NCBI GenBank assembly: GCA_902519235.1
Contig: CABYJE010000004.1
Coordinates: 4,331-68,330, forward strand
From: an uncultured Prochlorococcus sp.
Lineage (GTDB): Bacteria > Cyanobacteriota > Cyanobacteriia > PCC-6307 > Cyanobiaceae
Reading direction: 5' to 3'
DNA: 64,000 nucleotides
Shown: positions 43,820-53,594 of the stretch, in pieces
Layout: each line of letters starts with the position of its first letter
How positions within the stretch are numbered: position 1 is the stretch's first letter
Notes under the pieces: model-generated
What the model was told of the DNA's origin: nothing
The model's input: only the letters and a program-made list of their open reading frames with translations
Databases searched by the model: none
Made by a program: the position numbers and the translations under genes

Positions 43820-45391
43820 TTAACTGAAATATGCTTTGGCATCGTAAAGAGTTTCATCGCTTATCTCTGGAATTCCTCTCAAGATTGCGTATTTTTCAGT
43901 ATTTGTTTTAACTTTACCTCTTACAAAAAATGGAACTTTTGTTAATTCAGCTCTACCAGATTCAGTCCAGATAATTCCTTCTTTACTATTTTTTTCTTTT
44001 TTTTCGTCAGAATTTAAAATGTCCTTTGTGCTTGTCGCTGTATGTCCTAAATGGCTTTGATGACCATCAACAAACTCAAAGTCATGTTTGAACATATCAA
44101 TAAGATGCTCTTCTAAGCCCATCATTAGAGGATGTACCCAGTCATCAAAAATCACATTTGCACCTTCCCATCCCATTTGAGGGCTATATCTTGCAGGAAC
44201 ATCTTGAACATGCATTGGAGTACTAATTACTGAGCAAGGAATGCCTAGTCTTTTTGCACTATGCCTTTCCATTTGGGTCCCTAAAACTAGTTCAGGGGCG
44301 GCTTTTTTCATGGCATCTTCTACTTCTAGATAATTGTTAGTTATAAGAGCTTCTAGATTTAGATCTTTTGCAGTTGCTCTTACTTGCCTGGCCATCTCCC
44401 TGCTGTATGTTCCAAGACCCACTACTTCAAAACCCAATTCTTCCTTAGCAATTTTGGCAGCTGCAATTGCATGTGTTCCATCTCCAAAAATAAAAACTCT
44501 TTTGCCAGTTAGATAATTTGAGTCAACTGATTTTGAGTACCAAGGAAGTTTTGATTTATTTTCTAATTCTTTTTTATTTGTCAAAGGGAGATCTAATTTC
44601 TTATGAACTTCATTTATAAATTCAATTGTATTTTTTATTCCAATTGGAATAGTGTTTGTATATTCCATTCCAAAGTTCCGTTTAAGCCATTCGCATGATG
44701 CTTCCGCAATTTCTGGATAAAGACAAATATTTATCTCAGCATCAATTAGTCTTTCAATGTCATCTGGACTAGCACCTAATGGAGCAACTACGTTTGTATC
44801 TATTCCTTGCTCTGAAAGTATGCGTTGGATTTCGATTACATCATCTCTGCATCTAAATCCTAGTAGTGAAGGGCCAAGTATATTGACTTTTGGTCTACGC
44901 CCAAATTCCTTCCACCTTAAAGGACTTATTTTCTCTGAATAGCTTACTTTTTCTTTTAAAAGGGTTCTTGTTAATTGATAAAAAGTTTCTGAGGCCCCCC
45001 AATTTTCTTTCTTGCTATAAGCAGGTAATTCAAGATTCACAATCGGCATATCAAACCCCATCCCTTTCGCAAGAGCTCCAGGTTGGTCTTGAATTAGTTC
45101 TGCTGTACAACTTTCTCCTACTAAAAGAGTTTTGGGTTTGAATCGTTCAACCGCTTCCTTAATATTTTTCTTCACTAATTCAGCTGTATCGCCTCCAAGG
45201 TCTCTAGCCTGGAAAGTTGTATAAGTTACTGGAGGCCTTTGCCCCCTCCTCTCGATCATTGTAAAGAGAAGATCTGCATATGTATCTCCTTGAGGGGCAT
45301 GAAGCACATAATGAATATCTTTCATTGACGAGGCAATTCTCATAGCCCCAACATGCGGTGGTCCTTCATACGTCCAAAGAGTTAATTCCAT
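43820..45391 (-). CDS. chlB: Dark-operative protochlorophyllide reductase subunit B
   Basis: [27 protein letters not shown]-terminal PCP_red VPFFVR. Confidence 0.98.
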   Translation of the reverse strand: MELTLWTYEGPPHVGAMRIASSMKDIHYVLHAPQGDTYADLLFTMIERRGQRPPVTYTTFQARDLGGDTAELVKKNIKEAVERFKPKTLLVGESCTAELIQDQPGALAKGMGFDMPIVNLELPAYSKKENWGASETFYQLTRTLLKEKVSYSEKISPLRWKEFGRRPKVNILGPSLLGFRCRDDVIEIQRILSEQGIDTNVVAPLGASPDDIERLIDAEINICLYPEIAEASCEWLKRNFGMEYTNTIPIGIKNTIEFINEVHKKLDLPLTNKKELENKSKLPWYSKSVDSNYLTGKRVFIFGDGTHAIAAAKIAKEELGFEVVGLGTYSREMARQVRATAKDLNLEALITNNYLEVEDAMKKAAPELVLGTQMERHSAKRLGIPCSVISTPMHVQDVPARYSPQMGWEGANVIFDDWVHPLMMGLEEHLIDMFKHDFEFVDGHQSHLGHTATSTKDILNSDEKKEKNSKEGIIWTESGRAELTKVPFFVRGKVKTNTEKYAILRGIPEISDETLYDAKAYFS

Positions 45392-45396
45392 AGTTT

Positions 45397-46662
<1,266 letters not shown>

Positions 46663-46811
46663 TCAAGAGCTTATATTTCAAGCTTGCATAAACTTTTTAA
46701 TTAAAGAAAGTAATTAATAAGTTCTCTTACAAAATGAACACATTTAAAAAACTTATATGAATGTTTAAATACTTAAATGGGAATTATGAAAAAAAACTTT
46801 GGAGGCGTATT

Positions 46812-47180
46812 TTAATTTCTGTAGAAGGAATTTCCTTGACTTATTTTCGAAATTTTCCACACATTTCTAGCTATTTTCGTCGCTAATAATCCTGCTCTTT
46901 CTAACTTCGATTTTCCGGGCTTTGCCCCAATTAAAGCTGTGACTTCTGAGGTGGTTAAAGGTGCTCCAGTATTTATAGCTAATTGCGTTAATTCCAATCT
47001 ATCTCTAAGGTTTTTAAGATTTACTTTTTCAATTTTATCTTCTTCTAACCAACTAAAAGATGGGTCTTTTTGAGATAGTTTTTGCATCAAGCTTAGGCTA
47101 ACTAATCCAAGAGTTTGATCAGGAGTTAATTCTTTTTCAGTACCAGAAACATTTGGTTCTTTTTTTTGAGAAGTTCCCAT
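46812..47180 (-). CDS. Conserved hypothetical protein, possible C-terminal winged/HTH element
   Basis: Clean ORF between chlN and csoS1D; LTTSEVTALIGAKP...RNVW. Confidence 0.7.
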   Translation of the reverse strand: MGTSQKKEPNVSGTEKELTPDQTLGLVSLSLMQKLSQKDPSFSWLEEDKIEKVNLKNLRDRLELTQLAINTGAPLTTSEVTALIGAKPGKSKLERAGLLATKIARNVWKISKISQGNSFYRN

Positions 47181-47277
47181 AAAAATGCATATCTTTTACT
47201 TGAAGTTATCGTTTTGTGCGAAGCATGCAAGTAAATTGAATAGAAAAAATGAACCATTATCCGTTATAGTCGCGTGA

Positions 47278-48048
47278 ATGGAACCAACTTCTAGTTTAAA
47301 CAGAGGGGAACGAAAAAAAGGCCGTTCTCTTGTTACCGGATCTGAGGTGCAATCTCAGGCCAGTGGTGCAAGCTGTTTTATTACAACTGATTCAGAAAAG
47401 TCTTTGGTGTCCAGACAAGCAAGTCAAGTTGAGCAAATTGAGTTGAGAACATATGTTTTTTTGGATTCTCTTCAACCTCAATTAGCTGCATATATGGGGA
47501 CGGTTAGTAGAGGTTTTTTACCTATACCCGGAGATTCATGCCTTTGGATGGAAGTTTCACCTGGGATGGCCGTGCATAGAGTCACTGATATTGCCTTAAA
47601 AGCAAGTAATGTAAGACTTGGTCAGATGATTGTTGAAAGAGCATTTGGCTCTCTTGCTCTTTATCACAAAGATCAAAGTACTGTTTTACATTCTGGGGAT
47701 GTTGTTCTGGATGCTATTGGAAGTGAAGTTAGAAAAAGAACCAAACCTTCAACAAGTTGGACAGAAGTTATTCGAGCTATTACTCCAGATCATGCTGTTT
47801 TAATAAATAGACAAAACAGAAGTGGATCAATGATTCAATCTGGAATGAGCATGTTTATATTAGAAACTGAACCAGCTGGTTATGTTTTAAAAGCAGCTAA
47901 TGAAGCTGAAAAGGCATCTAATATAACTGTTGTTGATGTTAAGGCAGTTGGAGCTTTTGGTAGATTAACTCTCGCTGGGAAAGAAGGGGATGTAGAAGAG
48001 GCAGCAGCTGCTGCTATAAGAGCAATAGAAGAAATTTCTAATTATTGA
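47278..48048 (+). CDS. csoS1D: Tandem BMC-domain carboxysome shell protein
   Basis: [36 protein letters not shown]; position before ham1 and csoS1. Confidence 0.95.
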   Translation: MEPTSSLNRGERKKGRSLVTGSEVQSQASGASCFITTDSEKSLVSRQASQVEQIELRTYVFLDSLQPQLAAYMGTVSRGFLPIPGDSCLWMEVSPGMAVHRVTDIALKASNVRLGQMIVERAFGSLALYHKDQSTVLHSGDVVLDAIGSEVRKRTKPSTSWTEVIRAITPDHAVLINRQNRSGSMIQSGMSMFILETEPAGYVLKAANEAEKASNITVVDVKAVGAFGRLTLAGKEGDVEEAAAAAIRAIEEISNY

Positions 48049-48072
48049 GAATTTTTTAATTTAAACTTTTTT

Positions 48073-48657
48073 TTAACTTAAACCCATCTCTTTTTTTAAA
48101 AAAGGTGACATAATTTTTGCAGCTTTACCTCTACTACCTAATTTATTTAATTGTGATTGTGATAGCTCACCGTAAACACAGTTAGACTCTTTTACCCAAA
48201 AAATAGATTCGAATTCCCCATTTGGATATTTGGGGTTCTTAAGAATTTCTCCCCAGCATATTCCCGTTGTATCTTTAACTAAGTTTCCTGAGGGATCGCA
48301 CAAAACCATACAACTTATAAATCTTGCACTCCTATAAGGACTATCAGAAAGTTCATTAATTAATTTTTTAATTTTCTCATCATTAGTTTTGGCATATCGA
48401 GCAGAATAAATTCCTGGCCGACCATCTAAAACATCTACTTCAAGCCCCGAGTCATCAGCTAATGCCCAAGTTTTAGTCTCTAAAGCTGCTGCTTTTGCTT
48501 TAAGAAGTGCATTCTCAAAATATGTGTTTCCAGTCTCTTCGACATTTAAGTATTCTGGTTGCTTCTGAACCTTTAAAGACAAAACATCCAGCATCTCTGA
48601 AATTTCAGATACTTTTCTTTGATTGCCACTAGCAATGGTTAGAACTGGAAGGTTCAA
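48073..48657 (-). CDS. rdgB: HAM1/RdgB non-canonical purine NTP pyrophosphatase
   Basis: ASGNQRK, EETGNTYFENALLKA, ADDSGLEV, GRPGIYSARY. Confidence 0.92.
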   Translation of the reverse strand: MNLPVLTIASGNQRKVSEISEMLDVLSLKVQKQPEYLNVEETGNTYFENALLKAKAAALETKTWALADDSGLEVDVLDGRPGIYSARYAKTNDEKIKKLINELSDSPYRSARFISCMVLCDPSGNLVKDTTGICWGEILKNPKYPNGEFESIFWVKESNCVYGELSQSQLNKLGSRGKAAKIMSPFLKKEMGLS

Positions 48658-48696
48658 AATAACAAATAAATTTATTGTGAATATTATCTTACTTCA

Positions 48697-48765
48697 AAGC
48701 TTGATACGGAGACAGGAAAGGTTGAACATTCCACACCTGTGTAGACAGGGCCTGTCTCGTACGGA
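48697..48765. ncRNA. Candidate structured RNA (sRNA or leader element) upstream of the carboxysome operon; strand and ends unknown
   Basis: GC-rich island in an AT-rich spacer; outer stem GAGACAGG (48709-16)/CCTGTCTC (48751-58); inner hairpin CCTGT-GTAG-ACAGG (48736-49). Confidence 0.5.
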
Positions 48766-48966
48766 AATAACATAATGTAAATTTTTTCTTAACACAACAG
48801 TATGTTTTGATGCACTAACTAATTTGCATAAGTATTGACATATCAATAGTACCAAGGGTGATAAGTTTAACTTATGAATGATAGAAAAAACATTAATGGA
48901 GATTTTGTCGAAAACGCTTGACTTATAAGTACTTAATGAAGCATTCTTCGAATTGAACATTCCACA
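48722..48966 (+). repeat. Exact 14-bp direct repeat TTGAACATTCCACA (48722-48735 and 48953-48966)
   Basis: Read directly; each copy is also followed within 12 nt by GTAGACA. Confidence 0.95.
48918..48947 (+). promoter_or_regulatory. Possible proximal promoter of csoS1-rbcLS
   Basis: TTGACT (48918-23), 18 nt spacer, CATTCT (48942-47); would place the start site near 48953. Confidence 0.35.
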
Positions 48967-48984
48967 TTTAGTATTTAGTAGACA

Positions 48985-49296
48985 ATGGCTACAGAAACAA
49001 TGGGTATCGCTCTCGGCATGATCGAGACACGCGGACTTGTACCTGCAATTGAAGCAGCAGACGCAATGACAAAGGCAGCAGAAGTTCGCCTTATTGGTCG
49101 TGAATTCGTTGGTGGCGGTTATGTCACAGTATTAGTTAGAGGCGAAACAGGTGCAGTTAACGCAGCTGTAAGAGCTGGTGCTGATGCTTGTGAAAGAGTT
49201 GGTGACGGTTTAGTTGCAGCTCACATTATTGCTCGTCCTCATAGAGAAGTTGAACCTGCTCTAGGTAACGGTGAATTTCTTGGTCAAAAGGACTAA
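48985..49296 (+). CDS. csoS1: Major carboxysome shell hexamer protein
   Basis: ALGMIETRGLVPAIEAADAMTKAAEV...RGETGAV...HIIARPH BMC domain. Confidence 0.98.
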   Translation: MATETMGIALGMIETRGLVPAIEAADAMTKAAEVRLIGREFVGGGYVTVLVRGETGAVNAAVRAGADACERVGDGLVAAHIIARPHREVEPALGNGEFLGQKD

Positions 49297-49365
49297 TTAA
49301 GTAAAGCAAGATTTATAAATTTTGCACAATAATTATTTTCCCTACACAGACCTAAATTTATCCTT

Positions 49366-50781
49366 ATGAGTAAGAAGTATGACGCAGGGGTAAAGGAGTA
49401 CAGAGATACCTACTGGACTCCAGAATATGTCCCCCTAGACACCGATTTACTAGCCTGTTTCAAATGTACAGGTCAGGAAGGTGTCCCAAGAGAAGAAGTT
49501 GCAGCTGCTGTTGCCGCTGAATCTTCAACAGGTACTTGGTCAACAGTTTGGTCCGAGTTACTTACTGACTTAGAATTTTATAAAGGACGTTGTTATCGAA
49601 TCGAAGACGTCCCTGGAGATCCTGAAGCTTTCTATGCTTTTATTGCATATCCTTTAGATCTTTTTGAAGAAGGCTCAATTACAAACGTATTAACATCTCT
49701 TGTAGGAAACGTTTTTGGATTTAAAGCTCTAAGACATCTACGTCTAGAAGATATTAGATTCCCAATTGCTTTCATTAAAACTTGCGGTGGTCCACCAAAT
49801 GGAATCGTAGTTGAAAGAGATCGACTTAACAAATACGGAAGACCTCTACTTGGTTGTACCATCAAACCTAAATTAGGATTATCTGGTAAAAACTATGGTC
49901 GAGTTGTATATGAATGTCTTAGAGGAGGTCTTGATTTAACTAAGGATGATGAGAATATTAATTCTCAACCATTCCAACGTTGGAGAGAAAGATTTGAGTT
50001 TGTTGCAGAAGCAGTTAAGCTTGCTCAACGAGAAACTGGAGAAGTTAAAGGTCACTATCTAAACTGTACTGCTAACACTCCTGAAGAACTCTATGAAAGA
50101 GCTGAATTTGCAAAAGAGCTAGATATGCCAATCATCATGCATGATTATATAACTGGTGGTTTTACTGCAAATACTGGATTAGCTAATTGGTGTCGTAAAA
50201 ATGGCATGCTTCTGCATATTCACAGAGCTATGCATGCTGTTATTGATAGACATCCAAAGCATGGTATTCACTTCAGAGTTCTTGCAAAATGTTTGAGACT
50301 ATCTGGAGGAGACCAATTACATACTGGAACCGTTGTTGGAAAACTGGAAGGTGATCGTCAAACAACACTTGGTTATATTGACAACTTAAGAGAGTCATTT
50401 GTTCCTGAAGATAGATCAAGAGGTAACTTTTTTGATCAGGATTGGGGTTCAATGCCTGGAGTATTTGCAGTCGCATCAGGTGGTATCCATGTTTGGCATA
50501 TGCCTGCACTTCTAGCGATCTTTGGAGATGATTCCTGCCTTCAGTTCGGTGGAGGAACACATGGTCATCCATGGGGTTCAGCTGCTGGAGCTGCAGCTAA
50601 CAGAGTTGCTTTAGAAGCTTGTGTAAAAGCCCGTAATGCTGGTCGCGAAATCGAAAAAGAGAGTAGAGACATTCTTATGGAAGCTGCTAAGCATAGTCCT
50701 GAATTAGCTATTGCTCTAGAAACTTGGAAGGAAATTAAGTTTGAGTTTGACACTGTCGACAAGCTTGATGTTCAGGGTTAA
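49366..50781 (+). CDS. rbcL: RuBisCO large subunit, form IA
   Basis: [11 protein letters not shown] active site, AGVKEYR N-terminus, HIHRAMH. Confidence 0.99.
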   Translation: MSKKYDAGVKEYRDTYWTPEYVPLDTDLLACFKCTGQEGVPREEVAAAVAAESSTGTWSTVWSELLTDLEFYKGRCYRIEDVPGDPEAFYAFIAYPLDLFEEGSITNVLTSLVGNVFGFKALRHLRLEDIRFPIAFIKTCGGPPNGIVVERDRLNKYGRPLLGCTIKPKLGLSGKNYGRVVYECLRGGLDLTKDDENINSQPFQRWRERFEFVAEAVKLAQRETGEVKGHYLNCTANTPEELYERAEFAKELDMPIIMHDYITGGFTANTGLANWCRKNGMLLHIHRAMHAVIDRHPKHGIHFRVLAKCLRLSGGDQLHTGTVVGKLEGDRQTTLGYIDNLRESFVPEDRSRGNFFDQDWGSMPGVFAVASGGIHVWHMPALLAIFGDDSCLQFGGGTHGHPWGSAAGAAANRVALEACVKARNAGREIEKESRDILMEAAKHSPELAIALETWKEIKFEFDTVDKLDVQG

Positions 50782-50795
50782 CTCAAGTTTCGAAA

Positions 50796-50817
50796 TTGAG
50801 GAGATTTATCTCTTCAA
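50796..50817 (+). other. Intergenic stem-loop between rbcL and rbcS
   Basis: TTGAGGAGAT-TT-ATCTCTTCAA inverted repeat with one G-U pair. Confidence 0.6.
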
Positions 50818-50869
50818 ACTTATTAAAATCTCGTTTTTACGAGTAATTTCATTCACATTTTGATTAATT

Positions 50870-51211
50870 ATGCCTTTCCAGAGCACAGTAAGCGACTATC
50901 AAACAGTTGCAACCCTGGAAACATTCGGTTTTTTACCACCGATGACCCAGGAAGAAATATATGACCAAATTGCGTACATAATTGCTCAAGGTTGGAGTCC
51001 AGTTATTGAGCATGTTCATCCTAGTGGATGTATGCAAACTTATTGGTCTTATTGGAAACTCCCATTCTTTGGGGAAAAAGATCTTAACTTGATCGTGAGC
51101 GAATTAGAGGCATGCCATAGAGCATACCCTGATCATCATGTAAGAATCATCGGATACGATGCTTACACTCAAAGTCAAGGAACAGCTTTTGTAGTTTTCC
51201 AAGGACGTTAA
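50870..51211 (+). CDS. rbcS: RuBisCO small subunit
   Basis: ETFGFLP, YWSYWKLPFF, HVRIIGYD. Confidence 0.99.
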   Translation: MPFQSTVSDYQTVATLETFGFLPPMTQEEIYDQIAYIIAQGWSPVIEHVHPSGCMQTYWSYWKLPFFGEKDLNLIVSELEACHRAYPDHHVRIIGYDAYTQSQGTAFVVFQGR

Positions 51212-51233
51212 AACTACTTATCGTAGTTAATAT

Positions 51234-51267
51234 CTTTCTCCAAAAAAAATTTTTGGAGAAAGTTTTT
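51234..51267 (+). terminator. Intrinsic terminator-like hairpin between rbcS and csoS2
   Basis: CTTTCTCCAAAAA-AAA-TTTTTGGAGAAAG (13-bp perfect stem) followed by TTTTT. Confidence 0.75.
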
Positions 51268-51292
51268 CAAAAGAGTTTCACATTTGAAGATT

Positions 51293-53587
51293 ATGTCAAA
51301 AAAAACCAGTAGAGAGATTGCACTTGAAAGAAGAAAGGCTATGAGTGATAGCGGTAAAAAAGCTACTGCTTATTCTTCAACTACCAAAGATAGAGTTCGA
51401 TCTTCTCAAGATATACAGATTTCTGGCACTCAGTCTTCTCCTAATAATCATAATTTTTCTAAACCAGCTACAAAACATATTCCAAAAACTCAGGTAAACA
51501 GAAATTCTTCAACAACTTTATCTAGTAAAGAGTTAGTAATAGAAAGAAGAAAAGCAATGTCTACCCATGGTAAATCAGCTATTACTTCATCCGATAGAAC
51601 CCGTACTGATGTTAAAAAAGAAAGTCCTGTTAACACAGTTAAATTAACTATAAGTAAAAATCAAGAAAGTCAGGATTCAACTAGTACAGAATCTAAGTCC
51701 CTAAAACCCAACATTAAGAGAAGAATTAATCAGAAGAGAAAGCCTATTACCAATACAAGTAGAGATATTGTTTTAGCGAGAAGAGAAGCTCAATCTAAAC
51801 ATGGTAAATCAGCAACTAAACAAAACACTAGTGCCGCTTCCTTAGCCAGAAGGGCAGACCCAGATTTAAGTAGTAGAGAAATTTCTCAGAGAGTGAGAGA
51901 GCTAAGAAGTAAAACTGGTGCCACAGGTAAAAAAGGTAATGGTAAATGTAGACCATGTGGTCCAAATAAAAATGGTGCCAAACAAAATATTGCAGATGCT
52001 AGCTGGAAAGTTGGTAAAAGTGAAACTGATTCAGGTCAAATAGTTACTGGAACTCAAGCTAATAGATCTGTAAAAACTACAGGTAATGAAGCAAGTACAT
52101 GCAGAACTGTAACTGGTACCCAATATATGGGAGCAGAAGTTGTTGATCAATTTTGTCAAGATAGACCAAGTTATAAACAACCACTTAGATCTACTGTTAC
52201 CTCTACAACATCAGGTAATAAAATAACTGGAAATGAAGTTGGTAGATCTGATAGGGTCACAGGCGATGAGCCAGGAACTTGTAAAAACCTTACAGGTACT
52301 GAATATGTATCTTCTAATCAATCGCAGAAGTATTGTGGTGATGTCCCAAGAAATCCTTCAAAGGTTAAACACAGCACTACAACCGATGGATTAAAAGTAT
52401 CTGGATCACTTCCTGGTAGATCAACCCTAGTTACTGGAGATGAATCAGGTTCTGGACATCAATTAACTGGAGATCAATATCTTGGCTCTGAGCCAAATCC
52501 AAAAGGTAAAGTATTTGAAAAAGTAGGAAGTTACAACACTCTTAATGGGAATAATGTAACTGGTACAGGAGTTGGAAGATCAGACCATATGACAGGCAAT
52601 GAACATGGGAGTTGTAAGAATGTAACTGGGGATGAGTATATAGGTTCTCAACAATATGAGAAGTTTTGCGGTTCAAAACCAAAACCAGAAGCTAGAAAAG
52701 TAGGATTAAGCCTTTCTTCAAAGTCAAATTTAATAAGCGGCACTATGACAGGAAGATCAGAAATAGTAACTGGAGATGAACCAGGATCATGCAAAGTGTT
52801 AACAGGAACACCATACGCAGGCTTAGATCAGATTAATGAAAATTGTAGTACTGAGATTTCAGAAGATATGAAATCCCGAGCAACAGTTAATTCTGGAAAT
52901 AATTCAAATGCCAGACTTACAGGACAGCAACCAGGAATTGGCGGAGTAATGACAGGTGCTAAGAAAGGTGCTTGTAAAAATTTAACAGGTACTCCTTATG
53001 TTGGTGGAGATCAACTCTCACAAGCTTGTGATAATCCTCCACATGATGCGGCTTATGCTAATCCGGAAAAGTCGGCAGGTAACTCTTGGAAGGAATTTTC
53101 TGTTAAATCACCATCAAGAGATAAATATTCTGAAAAAAATACTCAAGGTGTTACAGGTAATGAATATGAAAATGGTTCAAAGGTAACAGGACCTTTTGAT
53201 ATGGCAGTTGATAAGGTCACTGGAACTGAAAAATTCAGATTTGAACCGAATAAAAATATTACTTATAAACAAAAAATGGAAATTGAAGAGGCGGACCGTG
53301 CTGCAAAGACACCAGAAAAAAGAGTCGCATCAAGGATTACTGGAGAAGGGCAATCAGTGGGAAATGTAACTGGTGATGATTGGGATCGCGGTGATAAGGT
53401 AACAGGCACAGAGGGAGCTTCTTCTAGAAAGCGAAATCCATCAAGAGCAGGATTCATGAGCGCAATGCCCCCTATGGAAGTTAAAAGGAATGAGGAAACA
53501 GAAAAACCAGATTTCTTGATAACTGGATCTAGTGGAAATACTCGTGAAGGACAACTCGTTACCTTTTCTGGTGGTGCAAGAGGTTAA
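51293..53587 (+). CDS. csoS2: Carboxysome scaffold protein CsoS2
   Basis: Four N-terminal R/K-x5-RR..GK-type repeats, many (V/I/L)TG repeats with paired Cys, C-terminal VTFSGGARG; ATG at 51293. Confidence 0.97.
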   Translation: MSKKTSREIALERRKAMSDSGKKATAYSSTTKDRVRSSQDIQISGTQSSPNNHNFSKPATKHIPKTQVNRNSSTTLSSKELVIERRKAMSTHGKSAITSSDRTRTDVKKESPVNTVKLTISKNQESQDSTSTESKSLKPNIKRRINQKRKPITNTSRDIVLARREAQSKHGKSATKQNTSAASLARRADPDLSSREISQRVRELRSKTGATGKKGNGKCRPCGPNKNGAKQNIADASWKVGKSETDSGQIVTGTQANRSVKTTGNEASTCRTVTGTQYMGAEVVDQFCQDRPSYKQPLRSTVTSTTSGNKITGNEVGRSDRVTGDEPGTCKNLTGTEYVSSNQSQKYCGDVPRNPSKVKHSTTTDGLKVSGSLPGRSTLVTGDESGSGHQLTGDQYLGSEPNPKGKVFEKVGSYNTLNGNNVTGTGVGRSDHMTGNEHGSCKNVTGDEYIGSQQYEKFCGSKPKPEARKVGLSLSSKSNLISGTMTGRSEIVTGDEPGSCKVLTGTPYAGLDQINENCSTEISEDMKSRATVNSGNNSNARLTGQQPGIGGVMTGAKKGACKNLTGTPYVGGDQLSQACDNPPHDAAYANPEKSAGNSWKEFSVKSPSRDKYSEKNTQGVTGNEYENGSKVTGPFDMAVDKVTGTEKFRFEPNKNITYKQKMEIEEADRAAKTPEKRVASRITGEGQSVGNVTGDDWDRGDKVTGTEGASSRKRNPSRAGFMSAMPPMEVKRNEETEKPDFLITGSSGNTREGQLVTFSGGARG

Positions 53588-53594
53588 GTAAATA

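Noticed and set aside
48694-48960. 88-aa minus-strand ORF in the ham1-csoS1 spacer
   Set aside because: No recognisable motif; it overlies promoter-like and structured elements and is probably a shadow ORF, although a minus-strand transcript remains possible
51293-53587. Programmed -1 frameshift giving a short CsoS2A, as in Halothiobacillus
   Set aside because: I found no CCCAAAG-type slippery heptamer by eye (closest CCCAAGA, CCAAAAG). The ORF is continuous and its repeats are the known CsoS2 repeats
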